Positions 8,556 through 17,998 of a stretch of DNA of 44,910 nucleotides are shown in pieces (positions within the stretch are counted from its first letter, which is position 1; each line of letters opens with the position of its first letter). Where the stretch lies: positions 1-44,910 of the forward strand of contig JAAFKJ010000021.1 of assembly GCA_021399395.1 (NCBI GenBank), written 5' to 3'. The DNA is from Candidatus Heimdallarchaeota archaeon (GTDB taxonomy: Archaea > Asgardarchaeota > Heimdallarchaeia > Heimdallarchaeales > Heimdallarchaeaceae). A model generated the notes under the pieces. It worked only from the letters and a program-made list of their open reading frames with translations. It did no database searches and had not been told where the DNA came from. The translations under genes were made by a program, and so were the position numbers.

Positions 8556-9128
8556 ATGTCAAAGATCATATTTGTTATTAATGCCCCACCTCTTTCTTTT
8601 AATAAAACAGATTTATATAACCCTGAATTTGTAGATAATCGATTAAACCCATATATCAAGTCTATTGCTGATTCTTTTTTCCTTTCCAACCACTTCAGAA
8701 AAGACAATACAGTCTATTTTCTCACTGAATTTGAAGGGGATTCTTATCAGATTGTATTTAAGGGGGATGAATTGCGTTTTCTTGGGCCTAGCTTCTTTTC
8801 AGCAGGACACTTACTTCTAAGAGCAAAGAACCATATTATTGATCCTAATTCAAAAAAAGGGAAATTAACTCCGGGCATATCGGTTAATAAAAGAAATATT
8901 AAATGGATTTTCGAGAAATATAAGGAAAGCAAATGGTATCAAATAGAAGATTTCGAGGATTTAGCAAAAGACATAAAACTAGATTTAACATCTGATACAT
9001 GCATATTCCTTTTTGGATTTGAGAATATTGCTGATTTTGGTGGTAAAATTACTAAATTATCTTTGGGATCAATAGACATAGACGAACAAATAATTATAAC
9101 CAATTATATGATTGAGAGTGTGAAATAA
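8556..9128 (+). CDS. trmY: tRNA (pseudouridine54-N1)-methyltransferase TrmY-like SPOUT protein (divergent)
   Basis: FFLSNHFRKD, GDELRFLGP, TPGISV and LSLG match TrmY motifs; directly upstream of pus10. ATG 8556 preferred over TTG 8541. Confidence 0.65.
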   Translation: MSKIIFVINAPPLSFNKTDLYNPEFVDNRLNPYIKSIADSFFLSNHFRKDNTVYFLTEFEGDSYQIVFKGDELRFLGPSFFSAGHLLLRAKNHIIDPNSKKGKLTPGISVNKRNIKWIFEKYKESKWYQIEDFEDLAKDIKLDLTSDTCIFLFGFENIADFGGKITKLSLGSIDIDEQIIITNYMIESVK

Positions 9129-9129
9129 T

Positions 9130-10455
9130 TTGAATCTACTGGAAAAAGCAACAAAAATACTTCATAACCATTCATTATGTGACTATTGTCTAGGGAGACA
9201 GTTTTCCAATTTGGCTACAGGTACAACCAATAGAAGAAGAGGAATCACAATTAAAGAATTTTTGACCATGAATACCGCTACTCCAGTTGAAAATGAAAAT
9301 TTTTCTTTTTTGCAGATACTATCTAAATCTGGTGGAACTCTAGCGAAAAATACATTGAAGAAGAAAGAAAATATCCCTGAAGAGACTAAAAGTTGCTACA
9401 TCTGTCGTGATACCTTAGAATTTACGGATAATATGGTTGATATCGTAGTCCCAAATCTCAAAGACATTGAGTTTCAAACATTGTTAATAGGTACAATACT
9501 ACCTAAGGAGTTTTTTGAAAGAGAAAAGAAACTAAAAGAAGAATTCGATGTTTTGCAGACAGAATTTCTTAAACAGGAGTTTAACAGGATCATTGGAAAG
9601 AAGATATCAGAAAGGCTTCCAGTTACTACAGATTTTAAATCCCCAGAAATCGTTATTGAAGTTGCCCCCATCTCATCTAAGTTTGAAATGAGAATTAAGT
9701 CATTGTATATCTCTGGAAGATATCTGAAATATTTACGCACAATACCACAAACCAGATGGCCATGCAACAAATGTAAAGGAAGGGGGTGTGATGTGTGTAA
9801 TGGAACAGGCAAAAGGTATCAAGAATCTGTTGAAGAATTAATAGAATTTGAAACAATAAGAACCACCAATAGTACAAAGGGAGTTCTTCATGGAGCAGGT
9901 CGAGAAGATATTGATGCTCTAATGTTAGGAAATGGACGGCCTTTTGTATTTGAAGTTGTATCCCCAAGAATTCGTACAATTGATTTGGATAAACTACAAG
10001 ACGATATAAACAGATATACAAAAGGAAAAATAGAAGTTAAAAATTTCAGATGGTCTTCAATAGATGAATTAAGAGATCTGAAAGGAAGTGCGGAAACCAC
10101 CGTTAAAAAATACAGAGCAAAAGTACTTTTTGACGAAACAATTGATAATGAGACAGTATCTGAAATTGAAAATTACTTTGTGAATAAAGAAATAGACCAA
10201 AGAACCCCTCAACGAGTAGTGCATAGGAGGGCAGATAAAATTAGAAAGAAGACAGTTTTTTCAGTAGAATGTTCACGTCTAAGTGAAAATGAAATTGAAA
10301 CTATCATTACTTGTGATGGTGGGTGTTATGTTAAAGAATTGATATCAGGAGACGAGGATAGAACAATTCCGAACATATCAAAAGTTGCAGGAATCAAAGC
10401 TATCTGTAAGGAACTTGATGTTTTAGAGGTTAGAAAAGACATAGAAGAGAAGTAA
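9130..10455 (+). CDS. pus10: tRNA pseudouridine(54/55) synthase Pus10
   Basis: LCDYCLGRQF, GRYLKY, HGAGREDIDALMLGNGRPF, QRTPQRVVHRR, GCYVKELISGD. Confidence 0.96.
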   Translation: MNLLEKATKILHNHSLCDYCLGRQFSNLATGTTNRRRGITIKEFLTMNTATPVENENFSFLQILSKSGGTLAKNTLKKKENIPEETKSCYICRDTLEFTDNMVDIVVPNLKDIEFQTLLIGTILPKEFFEREKKLKEEFDVLQTEFLKQEFNRIIGKKISERLPVTTDFKSPEIVIEVAPISSKFEMRIKSLYISGRYLKYLRTIPQTRWPCNKCKGRGCDVCNGTGKRYQESVEELIEFETIRTTNSTKGVLHGAGREDIDALMLGNGRPFVFEVVSPRIRTIDLDKLQDDINRYTKGKIEVKNFRWSSIDELRDLKGSAETTVKKYRAKVLFDETIDNETVSEIENYFVNKEIDQRTPQRVVHRRADKIRKKTVFSVECSRLSENEIETIITCDGGCYVKELISGDEDRTIPNISKVAGIKAICKELDVLEVRKDIEEK

Positions 10456-10564
10456 ATAGAAATTAGTATGACCTATTTTTTTACTGAAACGTAAAACGAA
10501 AAGATTAAAAGTTACACTGAGGGACTTTGCTCACTTAATTAAATAACAAAAAGGTGTACATTAA

Positions 10565-10876
10565 ATGCGCAAATCTAAAGGATATCGTAGTAGAACTAGA
10601 CATTTGTTCAAGAAACACACAAGACAAAAAGGTATTAGACCTTTAGATTACCTATTACGGGATTTCAATGAAGGTGATATAGTAGATATTATCGTTGATT
10701 CCAGTGAACACAAGGGGATGCCTCATAGACGTTATCACGGAAAAACTGGTGAGATAACAAAGAAACAAGGAAAAGCATTCATTGTTGCCATAAAACAAGG
10801 AAGAGCAACAAAGCAGATTATTGCAAAGAAGGAACATTTGCGTCTAAGTCGTTCTGTTATTCAAGCAGGTAATTAG
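10565..10876 (+). CDS. rpl21e: 50S ribosomal protein L21e
   Basis: SKGYRSRTR, KGMPHRRYHGKTG, EHL. Confidence 0.97.
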   Translation: MRKSKGYRSRTRHLFKKHTRQKGIRPLDYLLRDFNEGDIVDIIVDSSEHKGMPHRRYHGKTGEITKKQGKAFIVAIKQGRATKQIIAKKEHLRLSRSVIQAGN

Positions 10877-10888
10877 TGAAGTGATACT

Positions 10889-11242
10889 ATGCCAAGAGAT
10901 GTTCTAGAAAAAAAACCATTAACAATTTCAGAAGCAATGGGAATCTTACAGGGAAGAAGTGAAGAATCCGAACTCTCCTATTGGCAAAGAGTTGCATTTG
11001 AGCATGCCATGCAAAATGCTCGAATAGAGCCAGCAGAATCAAGAAAGATTGTAAAAGAATTAATCAAAAAACACAAGATTTCAGAGCTTTCAGCATTTAC
11101 TATTGCAAACATTTTACCCCCATCTATTGAAGAACTGAAAGATCTGCTTTCAAAGGAACCAAAAATACTAAAAGATGAAGAAATCAAAGAGATTTTTAAC
11201 ATTATAAAGCCATTTGCTGATAAGTACGAGAATCAAAAATAG
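10889..11242 (+). CDS. rpoF: RNA polymerase subunit Rpo4 (F)
   Basis: LTISEA, ELSYWQR, IANILP-x3-EL; conserved position after rpl21e. Confidence 0.9.
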   Translation: MPRDVLEKKPLTISEAMGILQGRSEESELSYWQRVAFEHAMQNARIEPAESRKIVKELIKKHKISELSAFTIANILPPSIEELKDLLSKEPKILKDEEIKEIFNIIKPFADKYENQK

Positions 11243-11305
11243 AAAATGGGGTTTCAAAAGTTTCGTTTTAATAGAAAACAAAAACTTTTTTTGTATTAGA
11301 AATTT

Positions 11306-11989
11306 ATGTATGGTGAGAATAAGATGGCAAACAATCAATATCCAAGGACCAACAAACGTCCTGAAAAGCAATCTGAAAGTGATGATTTTATAATTGGAGC
11401 CGTAACCCACGTTAAGTACTTCAAGAAAATTGAATCACGCATTTTGGTACTTGATTATTTGCCAGAAGGTAAAGGATTTGGACAATCTAAACAAAGAGAA
11501 CCAATGGTACAAGGAATTGGTGTAAAATGGTTTAGTTTGTTAGAAGTTACAGTTGAACGAAAAGGAACTTATACAAAACTTGTAGAATTAGATTTACCGC
11601 AAACTAGTGAATCATCTCCTATCAAACAAATTAAACGTCGAATATCTGTAAATGATATGACTAACACGGGCTATGAAACCTTAGAGGAAGCTGTTCTTCT
11701 AATTATAAACAAAAATGAGAAACGATTTGTTTCATTCTTCAATAAAGCGCAACCGATTACAAATAGAATACATTCACTACAGCTGATTCCAGGAATTGGG
11801 CAGAAATTAATGTGGGAGATATTAGCTGCTCGAAAAGGTATGCCTTTTGTTTCTTTCAGCGATATTGAAGAAAGAGTTAAAATATCTGACATTAAAAAAA
11901 TGATTTTTAATCGAATCATACAGGAATTGGAAGGAGAAGAAAAACACAGGTTATTTACTGCTAGTTCTGATTCGGGTCAAAAGAGATAA
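11306..11989 (+). CDS. DUF655 family putative RNA-binding protein (HhH)
   Basis: VLDYLPEG, FSLLE, FFNKAQPITNRIHSLQLIPGIG; conserved between rpoF and ksgA. Start may be the second Met. Confidence 0.9.
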   Translation: MYGENKMANNQYPRTNKRPEKQSESDDFIIGAVTHVKYFKKIESRILVLDYLPEGKGFGQSKQREPMVQGIGVKWFSLLEVTVERKGTYTKLVELDLPQTSESSPIKQIKRRISVNDMTNTGYETLEEAVLLIINKNEKRFVSFFNKAQPITNRIHSLQLIPGIGQKLMWEILAARKGMPFVSFSDIEERVKISDIKKMIFNRIIQELEGEEKHRLFTASSDSGQKR

Positions 11990-12001
11990 TATTAATTTTA
12001 A

Positions 12002-12898
12002 ATGGTTAGAGTAATGGACTGTTGGAATTCTTCTTCCGTCATTAAGAAACATGTTTTTGATAGTTTAAGAAAGATGGATATGACCCCTTCAAGGCATAAG
12101 GGGCAAAATTTTCTAGTTGATTATCACATTTTACATTACCAAGTTGAACAAGCAGAAATAAATCAAAAGGATATTGTCCTCGAAATTGGAGGGGGGATCG
12201 GGAACTTATCAAAATGCTTAGCACAAGATGCAAAGAAATTATACATTGTTGAAACTGATAGAAGAATGGTAGGGTTTCTTCAAGAATTTATGAGTAGTTA
12301 TTCCAACACTGAAATACTGCATGGAGATGCCGTTAAAATCGAATTACCTAAATTCACAAAATGCATATCTAACCTTCCCTACCAGATTTCATCCCCCATT
12401 ACATTCAAATTACTTGAACATGATTTTGAACTCGCAATCCTCATGTATCAGAGAGAGTTTGCGCAAAGATTTTTTGCATCACCAGGAACTAGAGACTATT
12501 CTAGAATTTCCGTTATGATGAATCTTAAAGCTAATTGTATATATCTGAAAACAGTAAAACCATCCTCTTTTTTCCCAGCACCTAAAGTGTTTTCTTCGAT
12601 TGTTTCAATCACAAAGAAAGAAGATACACTCAATTTTAATCACGACGATTTTGGTCGCTTCATTACTTTACTCTTTACACAAAAGAAGAAAACAGTTAGA
12701 AGTGTTCTTGTAAACCTGATAAAAAGAAAATCTAAACAGAATGTTCAGATTAAGAAAGAAGTTTTGGAAGAATTGTCTTATCTTGAAAGAAGGATTTTTA
12801 GTCTAACACTTGATGAACTTACAAAAATGTATTCAGATCTTAAAGCTAAGTTAGGTGAGGAACTTTGGTTAAATATGATTTCCCTAAATACCAGATAG
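12002..12898 (+). CDS. rsmA: 16S rRNA adenine dimethyltransferase KsgA/Dim1
   Basis: GQNFL, LEIGGGIG, SNLPYQISSP, MYQREFA. Confidence 0.95.
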   Translation: MVRVMDCWNSSSVIKKHVFDSLRKMDMTPSRHKGQNFLVDYHILHYQVEQAEINQKDIVLEIGGGIGNLSKCLAQDAKKLYIVETDRRMVGFLQEFMSSYSNTEILHGDAVKIELPKFTKCISNLPYQISSPITFKLLEHDFELAILMYQREFAQRFFASPGTRDYSRISVMMNLKANCIYLKTVKPSSFFPAPKVFSSIVSITKKEDTLNFNHDDFGRFITLLFTQKKKTVRSVLVNLIKRKSKQNVQIKKEVLEELSYLERRIFSLTLDELTKMYSDLKAKLGEELWLNMISLNTR

Positions 12899-13497
12899 TT
12901 CTTGAAATAGAGGAAGATGTTTATTTTCCTGCAGAAGATACTTTTGCTTTGATAGATGCCATTCAGTTAGAAGATAATCACAAGTTTGTAGTAGAGTTAG
13001 GTGGCGGTACAGGTATAATCTCTATTGTTCTTGCCAAAGGCCATCCTACAGTCAGATTCTTGATAACAGATATTTCTTTTAGAGCTGTAAAAACTATTGA
13101 AAACAATATTGTATTGAATGAAATTAAGAATCAAATCGATTTAATCTGCATGGATAAACTTGAAGCAATCGAGCATCTATCCCCAGATATTATTATTTGG
13201 AATCCCCCATATTTACCCATAGATGATGAAACAGATAATCTTAAAGCTCTAGAAAAATTAATGCTTATAGGAGGGAATAAAGGATTTGAGCAAGCCTACA
13301 AACTTATTCAATATCTGAAGTCACAAAACAATCAAGTCATTTTTTATACAATTTTTTCCTCTGTAGGTACAACAGAAAGCACATTTACTCAAATGAGGAA
13401 AGAAGGTACTAATATTGAAATCATTGATGAGGTAAATCTGTTCTTTGAGAAATTGTATTTAGTAAAAGTAAATGTAGGTGAAAAAAATAGGAAATAA
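12865..13497 (+). CDS. HemK2/Mtq2 release-factor glutamine methyltransferase
   Basis: VYFPAEDTF, ELGGGTG, NPPY; overlaps the ksgA 3' end. Confidence 0.88.
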   Translation: MVKYDFPKYQIVLEIEEDVYFPAEDTFALIDAIQLEDNHKFVVELGGGTGIISIVLAKGHPTVRFLITDISFRAVKTIENNIVLNEIKNQIDLICMDKLEAIEHLSPDIIIWNPPYLPIDDETDNLKALEKLMLIGGNKGFEQAYKLIQYLKSQNNQVIFYTIFSSVGTTESTFTQMRKEGTNIEIIDEVNLFFEKLYLVKVNVGEKNRK

Positions 13498-14227
13498 ATC
13501 AAAACTACATCTTGACATTATTTTAGTTGAACCTAAAATCGGAGGAAATATTGGAGCGGTAGCGAGACTCTGTCAGAATTTTAATATTAATAAATTAATT
13601 TTAGTTGCACCTCAAATCGATCACAATAATAACGAAGCTAGACAGAGGGCAAAACATTCTCATCAATATCTAGACGAAGCAGAAATATGTGACTCTTTAG
13701 AAAACATACGAGATAATTACGCATTTTTAATTGGTACATCAGCCAAAGCAGGAAGAAACTACAATGTTCGTAGACAACCATCTTATCCATGGGAGTTGGA
13801 AGAAATACTGACTGTGACTGAAGGAAAAATAGGGCTTGTTTTTGGGAGAGAGGATAGAGGGCTGTCTAATGAAGAACTACTTAGTTGTGATTTTCTTGTT
13901 AATATTCCTGTTCCAGCAAAATTTAAGGTAATGAATATCTCGCATGCGGTTGCTGTTGTCCTATATGAAATTTGGAAGCTACTCTTTCAAAAAGAAGCAA
14001 AATTAACTGCAGAAAAAAGTTCAAGTAATCTCGAAAGAGAAATCCTATTTGATACTTTCAAAGAGATTGTTGAAGCACTACCATATGAAGAACATAGGAA
14101 ACCCATAGTAAACCACAGTTTTACAACTATGATTAACCGAAGTTTTTCTACTAGTGAAGAGATTCATTCGTTGATTGGGATATTTAAAACCATTAAAGAC
14201 AACCTATCTAGTGATATTGAGGAATGA
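13478..14227 (+). CDS. trmJ: TrmJ/TrmH-family SPOUT tRNA 2'-O-methyltransferase
   Basis: LVEPKIGGNIGAVAR, LVFGREDRGLSNEEL, MNISHAVAVVLYE. Confidence 0.88.
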   Translation: MKKIGNKSKLHLDIILVEPKIGGNIGAVARLCQNFNINKLILVAPQIDHNNNEARQRAKHSHQYLDEAEICDSLENIRDNYAFLIGTSAKAGRNYNVRRQPSYPWELEEILTVTEGKIGLVFGREDRGLSNEELLSCDFLVNIPVPAKFKVMNISHAVAVVLYEIWKLLFQKEAKLTAEKSSSNLEREILFDTFKEIVEALPYEEHRKPIVNHSFTTMINRSFSTSEEIHSLIGIFKTIKDNLSSDIEE

Positions 14228-14832
14228 TAGTAATGAAGCAAAAGGATCTTGAAATTTTTTTAACTCAACTGGAGTCATTTAATAGCCCAAAATTACACCT
14301 TGAACAATATCAAACTCCCCCCAGAATAATCGCAATGATTCTGTGGAGGGCGCTTCAGTTAGGAGATTTAGAAAATAAATCAATAGGGGATCTTTGTTGT
14401 GGAACAGGGTTATTTGGAATAGGTGCCAAGATTTTGGGAGCTAAAGATGTTCTTGGTATTGAAATAGATAAGGAAGCTATTGAAATTGCTAAAAGAAACG
14501 CAAAAAAATCAGAAGTTAAAATCGATTTCATTAATAAAGATATTAGGGATGTAGAGAAATCATTCGATACTGTTTTCATGAACTCTCCTTTTGGAATTCA
14601 AGGAACAGTTAAGGATCAAGAGTTTTTGCTATCTGCATTAAAAATGTCTAAGATAATATATTCTATCCATCTATATCAGGAGAAGAATGTTGATTTTTTA
14701 ATCAATTTCGTTGACAGACAAGGGAGAGAAGTTAAAGAAGTAATAAAGGCAGAATTTGAGTTACCAAAATCATATAAATTCCACAAAAGAAAATACCATG
14801 TAATTGAAGTAGCTATTCTACGATGTGTTTAA
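14224..14832 (+). CDS. METTL5-family rRNA N6-adenine methyltransferase
   Basis: LEQYQTP, DLCCGTG, NSPFG (NPPF-like), YSIH, YKFHKRK. Confidence 0.88.
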   Translation: MIVMKQKDLEIFLTQLESFNSPKLHLEQYQTPPRIIAMILWRALQLGDLENKSIGDLCCGTGLFGIGAKILGAKDVLGIEIDKEAIEIAKRNAKKSEVKIDFINKDIRDVEKSFDTVFMNSPFGIQGTVKDQEFLLSALKMSKIIYSIHLYQEKNVDFLINFVDRQGREVKEVIKAEFELPKSYKFHKRKYHVIEVAILRCV

Positions 14833-14843
14833 AACAAGTATAG

Positions 14844-15023
14844 TTATTGTGATTGAAGTTGATCTTTGAACAATCTTCGCCTGTATTTGGAATATTTTTT
14901 CTCTTTTTCAAGAGAAAATCTTGCAGGTTGTGGAGAAACAGTTTTTTTACCACAGTGCGGACAGGTCTGCTCATTTAGTGTGTATTCTTTGCACTCAATA
15001 CAACGGTAGATAGATTTAGTCAT
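14844..15023 (-). CDS. nop10: H/ACA RNP protein Nop10 (59 aa)
   Basis: Not in the ORF track. Translated by hand: MTKSIYRCIECKEYTLNEQTCPHCGKKTVSPQPARFSLEKEKKYSKYRRRLFKDQLQSQ. Start overlaps the aIF2a stop (TAATG). Confidence 0.93.
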   Translation of the reverse strand: MTKSIYRCIECKEYTLNEQTCPHCGKKTVSPQPARFSLEKEKKYSKYRRRLFKDQLQSQ

Positions 15024-15823
15024 TATGATTTCACTTCAACAACTTTCACTGAAGCTTTGTAATCTGTAAGGTAGGTTTCTACAGTTTCGACTACTCTTGA
15101 CATTAATCCTTCTGCAAGCTCATAATCTCTAGCATGAATCTTGAACCTGTACATTGGAGCACCTCTAACAAAAACATCCATGCTCAATTCTGCATCTTCA
15201 GCTTCAATATCAGATCTAGCCTTTTCAGCTTCTTGTAGAGCGTTCTTAATCAAAGTTATTCCATTACTTTCCCAGCAGATAATTTCTAAATCTCTTGTAA
15301 TTTCAACTTTAGGAATTGTAAGATTCTTCTTAGCAATCGAAGTTAGAGTAGAGGCCCATTCTTCAGACACTTCAGCTTCGGTAAAGGCGATTTCACCTCG
15401 GAATAAAGCTTCTTCAAAAGCGTTAAACAAACTTCCATGAAAATCGGTTAGTAAATCTTCTACTTCAGATCTGGCGGTTTCCAAATTAATTTTTCTTCTA
15501 GTTGCTGCCATTTCAAGTAGAGTTAAACCGGTTTTATATTTCTTCCATTCCTCAACTTTTGATCTTTTTAGACCATCGGATACTCGTTTAATACTTATAT
15601 CGATTTGTTCTGCTTTTATACGCATAACCCTTCCTACAACCTTTTTTCCAATTCTCATTACGTTTCGAATATTTCTAACCCAAGTTGAACTAACTTCGGA
15701 AACGTGACAATAAGCTTGGAGGTCTTCGTACTCATCAAGATCAACGTATACTCCATGATCAAAAATCCTCTTTACAGTACCTATTACTAAATCACCAGAT
15801 TCTGGAAGATTCCTTCTACTCAT
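15023..15823 (-). CDS. eif2a: Translation initiation factor 2 alpha subunit
   Basis: S1 domain LPESGDLVIGTV, HVSEVSSTWVRNIR, IDISIKRV, GAPMYR. Confidence 0.95.
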   Translation of the reverse strand: MSRRNLPESGDLVIGTVKRIFDHGVYVDLDEYEDLQAYCHVSEVSSTWVRNIRNVMRIGKKVVGRVMRIKAEQIDISIKRVSDGLKRSKVEEWKKYKTGLTLLEMAATRRKINLETARSEVEDLLTDFHGSLFNAFEEALFRGEIAFTEAEVSEEWASTLTSIAKKNLTIPKVEITRDLEIICWESNGITLIKNALQEAEKARSDIEAEDAELSMDVFVRGAPMYRFKIHARDYELAEGLMSRVVETVETYLTDYKASVKVVEVKS

Positions 15824-15921
15824 ATAAACCAGTATCCGTTCTATATTCTTTATTTAAAAAGTTACTTTCCTATCACTTAAATTAGCAAGTTACTTAAGGG
15901 TAGAAGCATTACGGATTACTT

Positions 15922-16506
15922 GTGAAAGAAAATATAAGAACTATTGGGATAGATGATGCAGCTTTTGATAGAGCAAAGTCAACCAAAACTTTTGTTTTCG
16001 GTATAATCGTAAGAGGTTACAATTTGGTTGAAGGGGTTCTTCGAACAGAAATTTCCATAGATGGCATAGAAGCAACAAAAAGAATAACATCTATGATAGT
16101 TAAGAGCAAATACCATGAGCAATTAAGAGCAATTTTCCTAAGAAGTTCTACAATTGCAGCTTTCAATATTATTGACATGAATATGCTTAGCAAAACAACT
16201 TCCATCCCAGTAATAACAGTATTATCTGAAATGCCTGATGAGAATGATGTTAAGAAAGCCCTTTCTAATCTTCCAGATTGGGAAAATCGTTTAGAAATTC
16301 TCAACAGAAACCCACCTATTGAGAAAATCAGATACATAAATAAGGAGGGGAGAGAATGCGAAGTATTGATTCAGCAAGTAGGGTTGTCAAGTAAATCAGA
16401 TATCAAAAATATTCTCCAAATCTCAAGTTATTCAAGTTGCATACCAGAATGTCTTAGATTAGCAGATAAAATAGGGCAAAGTTTCAAAGATTATATAATA
16501 AAATAG
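15922..16506 (+). CDS. DUF99 family endonuclease V-like protein
   Basis: IGIDDAAF, DGIEAT, AFNIID, IPECLRLA. Confidence 0.85.
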   Translation: MKENIRTIGIDDAAFDRAKSTKTFVFGIIVRGYNLVEGVLRTEISIDGIEATKRITSMIVKSKYHEQLRAIFLRSSTIAAFNIIDMNMLSKTTSIPVITVLSEMPDENDVKKALSNLPDWENRLEILNRNPPIEKIRYINKEGRECEVLIQQVGLSSKSDIKNILQISSYSSCIPECLRLADKIGQSFKDYIIK

Positions 16507-16926
16507 TTAGGGCAAAATTCCTAGTTTTTTACAGAAAACATTAATCAATAAAGTGAATGACTCTGCACAAAGCTCTTTTTCTTGACTTTGAAGAAGTTTT
16601 TTGTTTTGGTTTAGGTTTTTTGACAGAATCATAATCATTTCTTTTATCGTGTTTTTATTTCTCAGATAAACATAAGCAACAAAAGCTTCTACCGCATCAC
16701 CAATATCTCCAGCATTCTTTCTAGTTCCCAAATACTCTCGCAATTTAGAATTTCTACAAGCTTGAGCTAAACATGAATCCCAAACCTTCACTCCTCTAGA
16801 ATGTTGAGTTACTTCGAAAACAGCTGCATTATATATAAAATTCACAATTGAATCGCCAAATTTTGAAAAATCTTTATTTGAGAGAATTGCTCTAAGGTCT
16901 GACGCAAAAGGAGTTGGTGTGTCCAA
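16507..16926 (-). CDS. Archaeal minimal RNase III-domain protein
   Basis: SKFGDSIVNF and GDAVEAFVAY resemble RNase III signature helices; no dsRBD. Confidence 0.75.
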   Translation of the reverse strand: MDTPTPFASDLRAILSNKDFSKFGDSIVNFIYNAAVFEVTQHSRGVKVWDSCLAQACRNSKLREYLGTRKNAGDIGDAVEAFVAYVYLRNKNTIKEMIMILSKNLNQNKKLLQSQEKELCAESFTLLINVFCKKLGILP

Positions 16927-16940
16927 AAAGACCCCAACCT

Positions 16941-17225
16941 TTATTCGATTTTAGCTTTACACAAACCAATAAATTCTTGTGTTTTTTCACTTAAACTTCC
17001 CAATGACCTATTAATTGCTGCTACTGGATCGGAGGTCTTCTTCTTCATTTTTACTTGAAACACAACGGATTCATAGAAAGATTCATCTCTCCAATATCCA
17101 GAAAAATCTACTTCATCATCATGCAATAGTTCGTCACGTAAGAGGTTAAACAATGTATGAGGATCTGTCTGCTTAATGTTAAATTTTAAGTATCCTGCTT
17201 CTTGTTTTAAGATATTAATCTGCAT
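16941..17225 (-). CDS. rpoL: RNA polymerase subunit Rpo11 (L)
   Basis: HTLFNLLRDELL-x3-VDFSGY; size and context (csl4 cluster). Confidence 0.85.
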   Translation of the reverse strand: MQINILKQEAGYLKFNIKQTDPHTLFNLLRDELLHDDEVDFSGYWRDESFYESVVFQVKMKKKTSDPVAAINRSLGSLSEKTQEFIGLCKAKIE

Positions 17226-17342
17226 TTATAAGCCTCGAATTTCTTTTATTTGTTCAATTTATATACTTTACCAGTCTTGCTATTTTTACGAAAACAAGTG
17301 GTTTGTTGATTTTACTTGTTCATCGAATTCTTCATATTCTGA

Positions 17343-17978
17343 TTATGATGACTCTTTTGATAATAATTCAATTAAGTCTGTAATGCACTTTTTTGGTTCG
17401 TAGTTTATTAAAACGGTATTTTGTTGTGTTTTGAAATATTCTAGTTCCAACCCCTTATCTAGCACAAAACTAGTCGTCAAATCAGTACAGTAACTAATTG
17501 TAGCTAAAACTCGTTTCATAATCTGTGTTCTTACATTCAAAGGAGTTTCTTGTATAAGATCATGTAACTGTTCTAAAATCTGTTGAACTTCTTGCATTGT
17601 TGCAGTTGTTATCAAATCTTGTCCTTCAACCATTGAATAGACTCCAGAATGGATGAGAACTGTACTTATTGTATCTAATGAGATAATCTTCGAACCAATT
17701 TGTTGTATTAGTTTTAGATTGTGTGTGTAATAACCGTGTTTATCCGGTGTAGAAGATTGTATAAACATCTTCCCATAAGATTTTACAGTTATAACAGATT
17801 GATTGACAACTTCTTTTTCTCCATATAACCGAACTTTTACAACCCCTTCTTTGTAAGTTAGTGTGAATTCTACATACTTCAATGCATCAGATACTAACTC
17901 TATGAAAGTTTCAAGAGACTTCCTACCAATAATATTAACATAAATTTCTTTTGTGGTTGTTCTTGCCAAAAAAATCAC
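17343..17978 (-). CDS. Conserved archaeal hypothetical protein, DUF2067-like
   Basis: VKVRLYG motif and position between csl4 and rpoL; assignment mainly from context. Confidence 0.5.
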   Translation of the reverse strand: MIFLARTTTKEIYVNIIGRKSLETFIELVSDALKYVEFTLTYKEGVVKVRLYGEKEVVNQSVITVKSYGKMFIQSSTPDKHGYYTHNLKLIQQIGSKIISLDTISTVLIHSGVYSMVEGQDLITTATMQEVQQILEQLHDLIQETPLNVRTQIMKRVLATISYCTDLTTSFVLDKGLELEYFKTQQNTVLINYEPKKCITDLIELLSKESS

Positions 17979-17998
17979 CTTAGAATTTGGATGAATGG

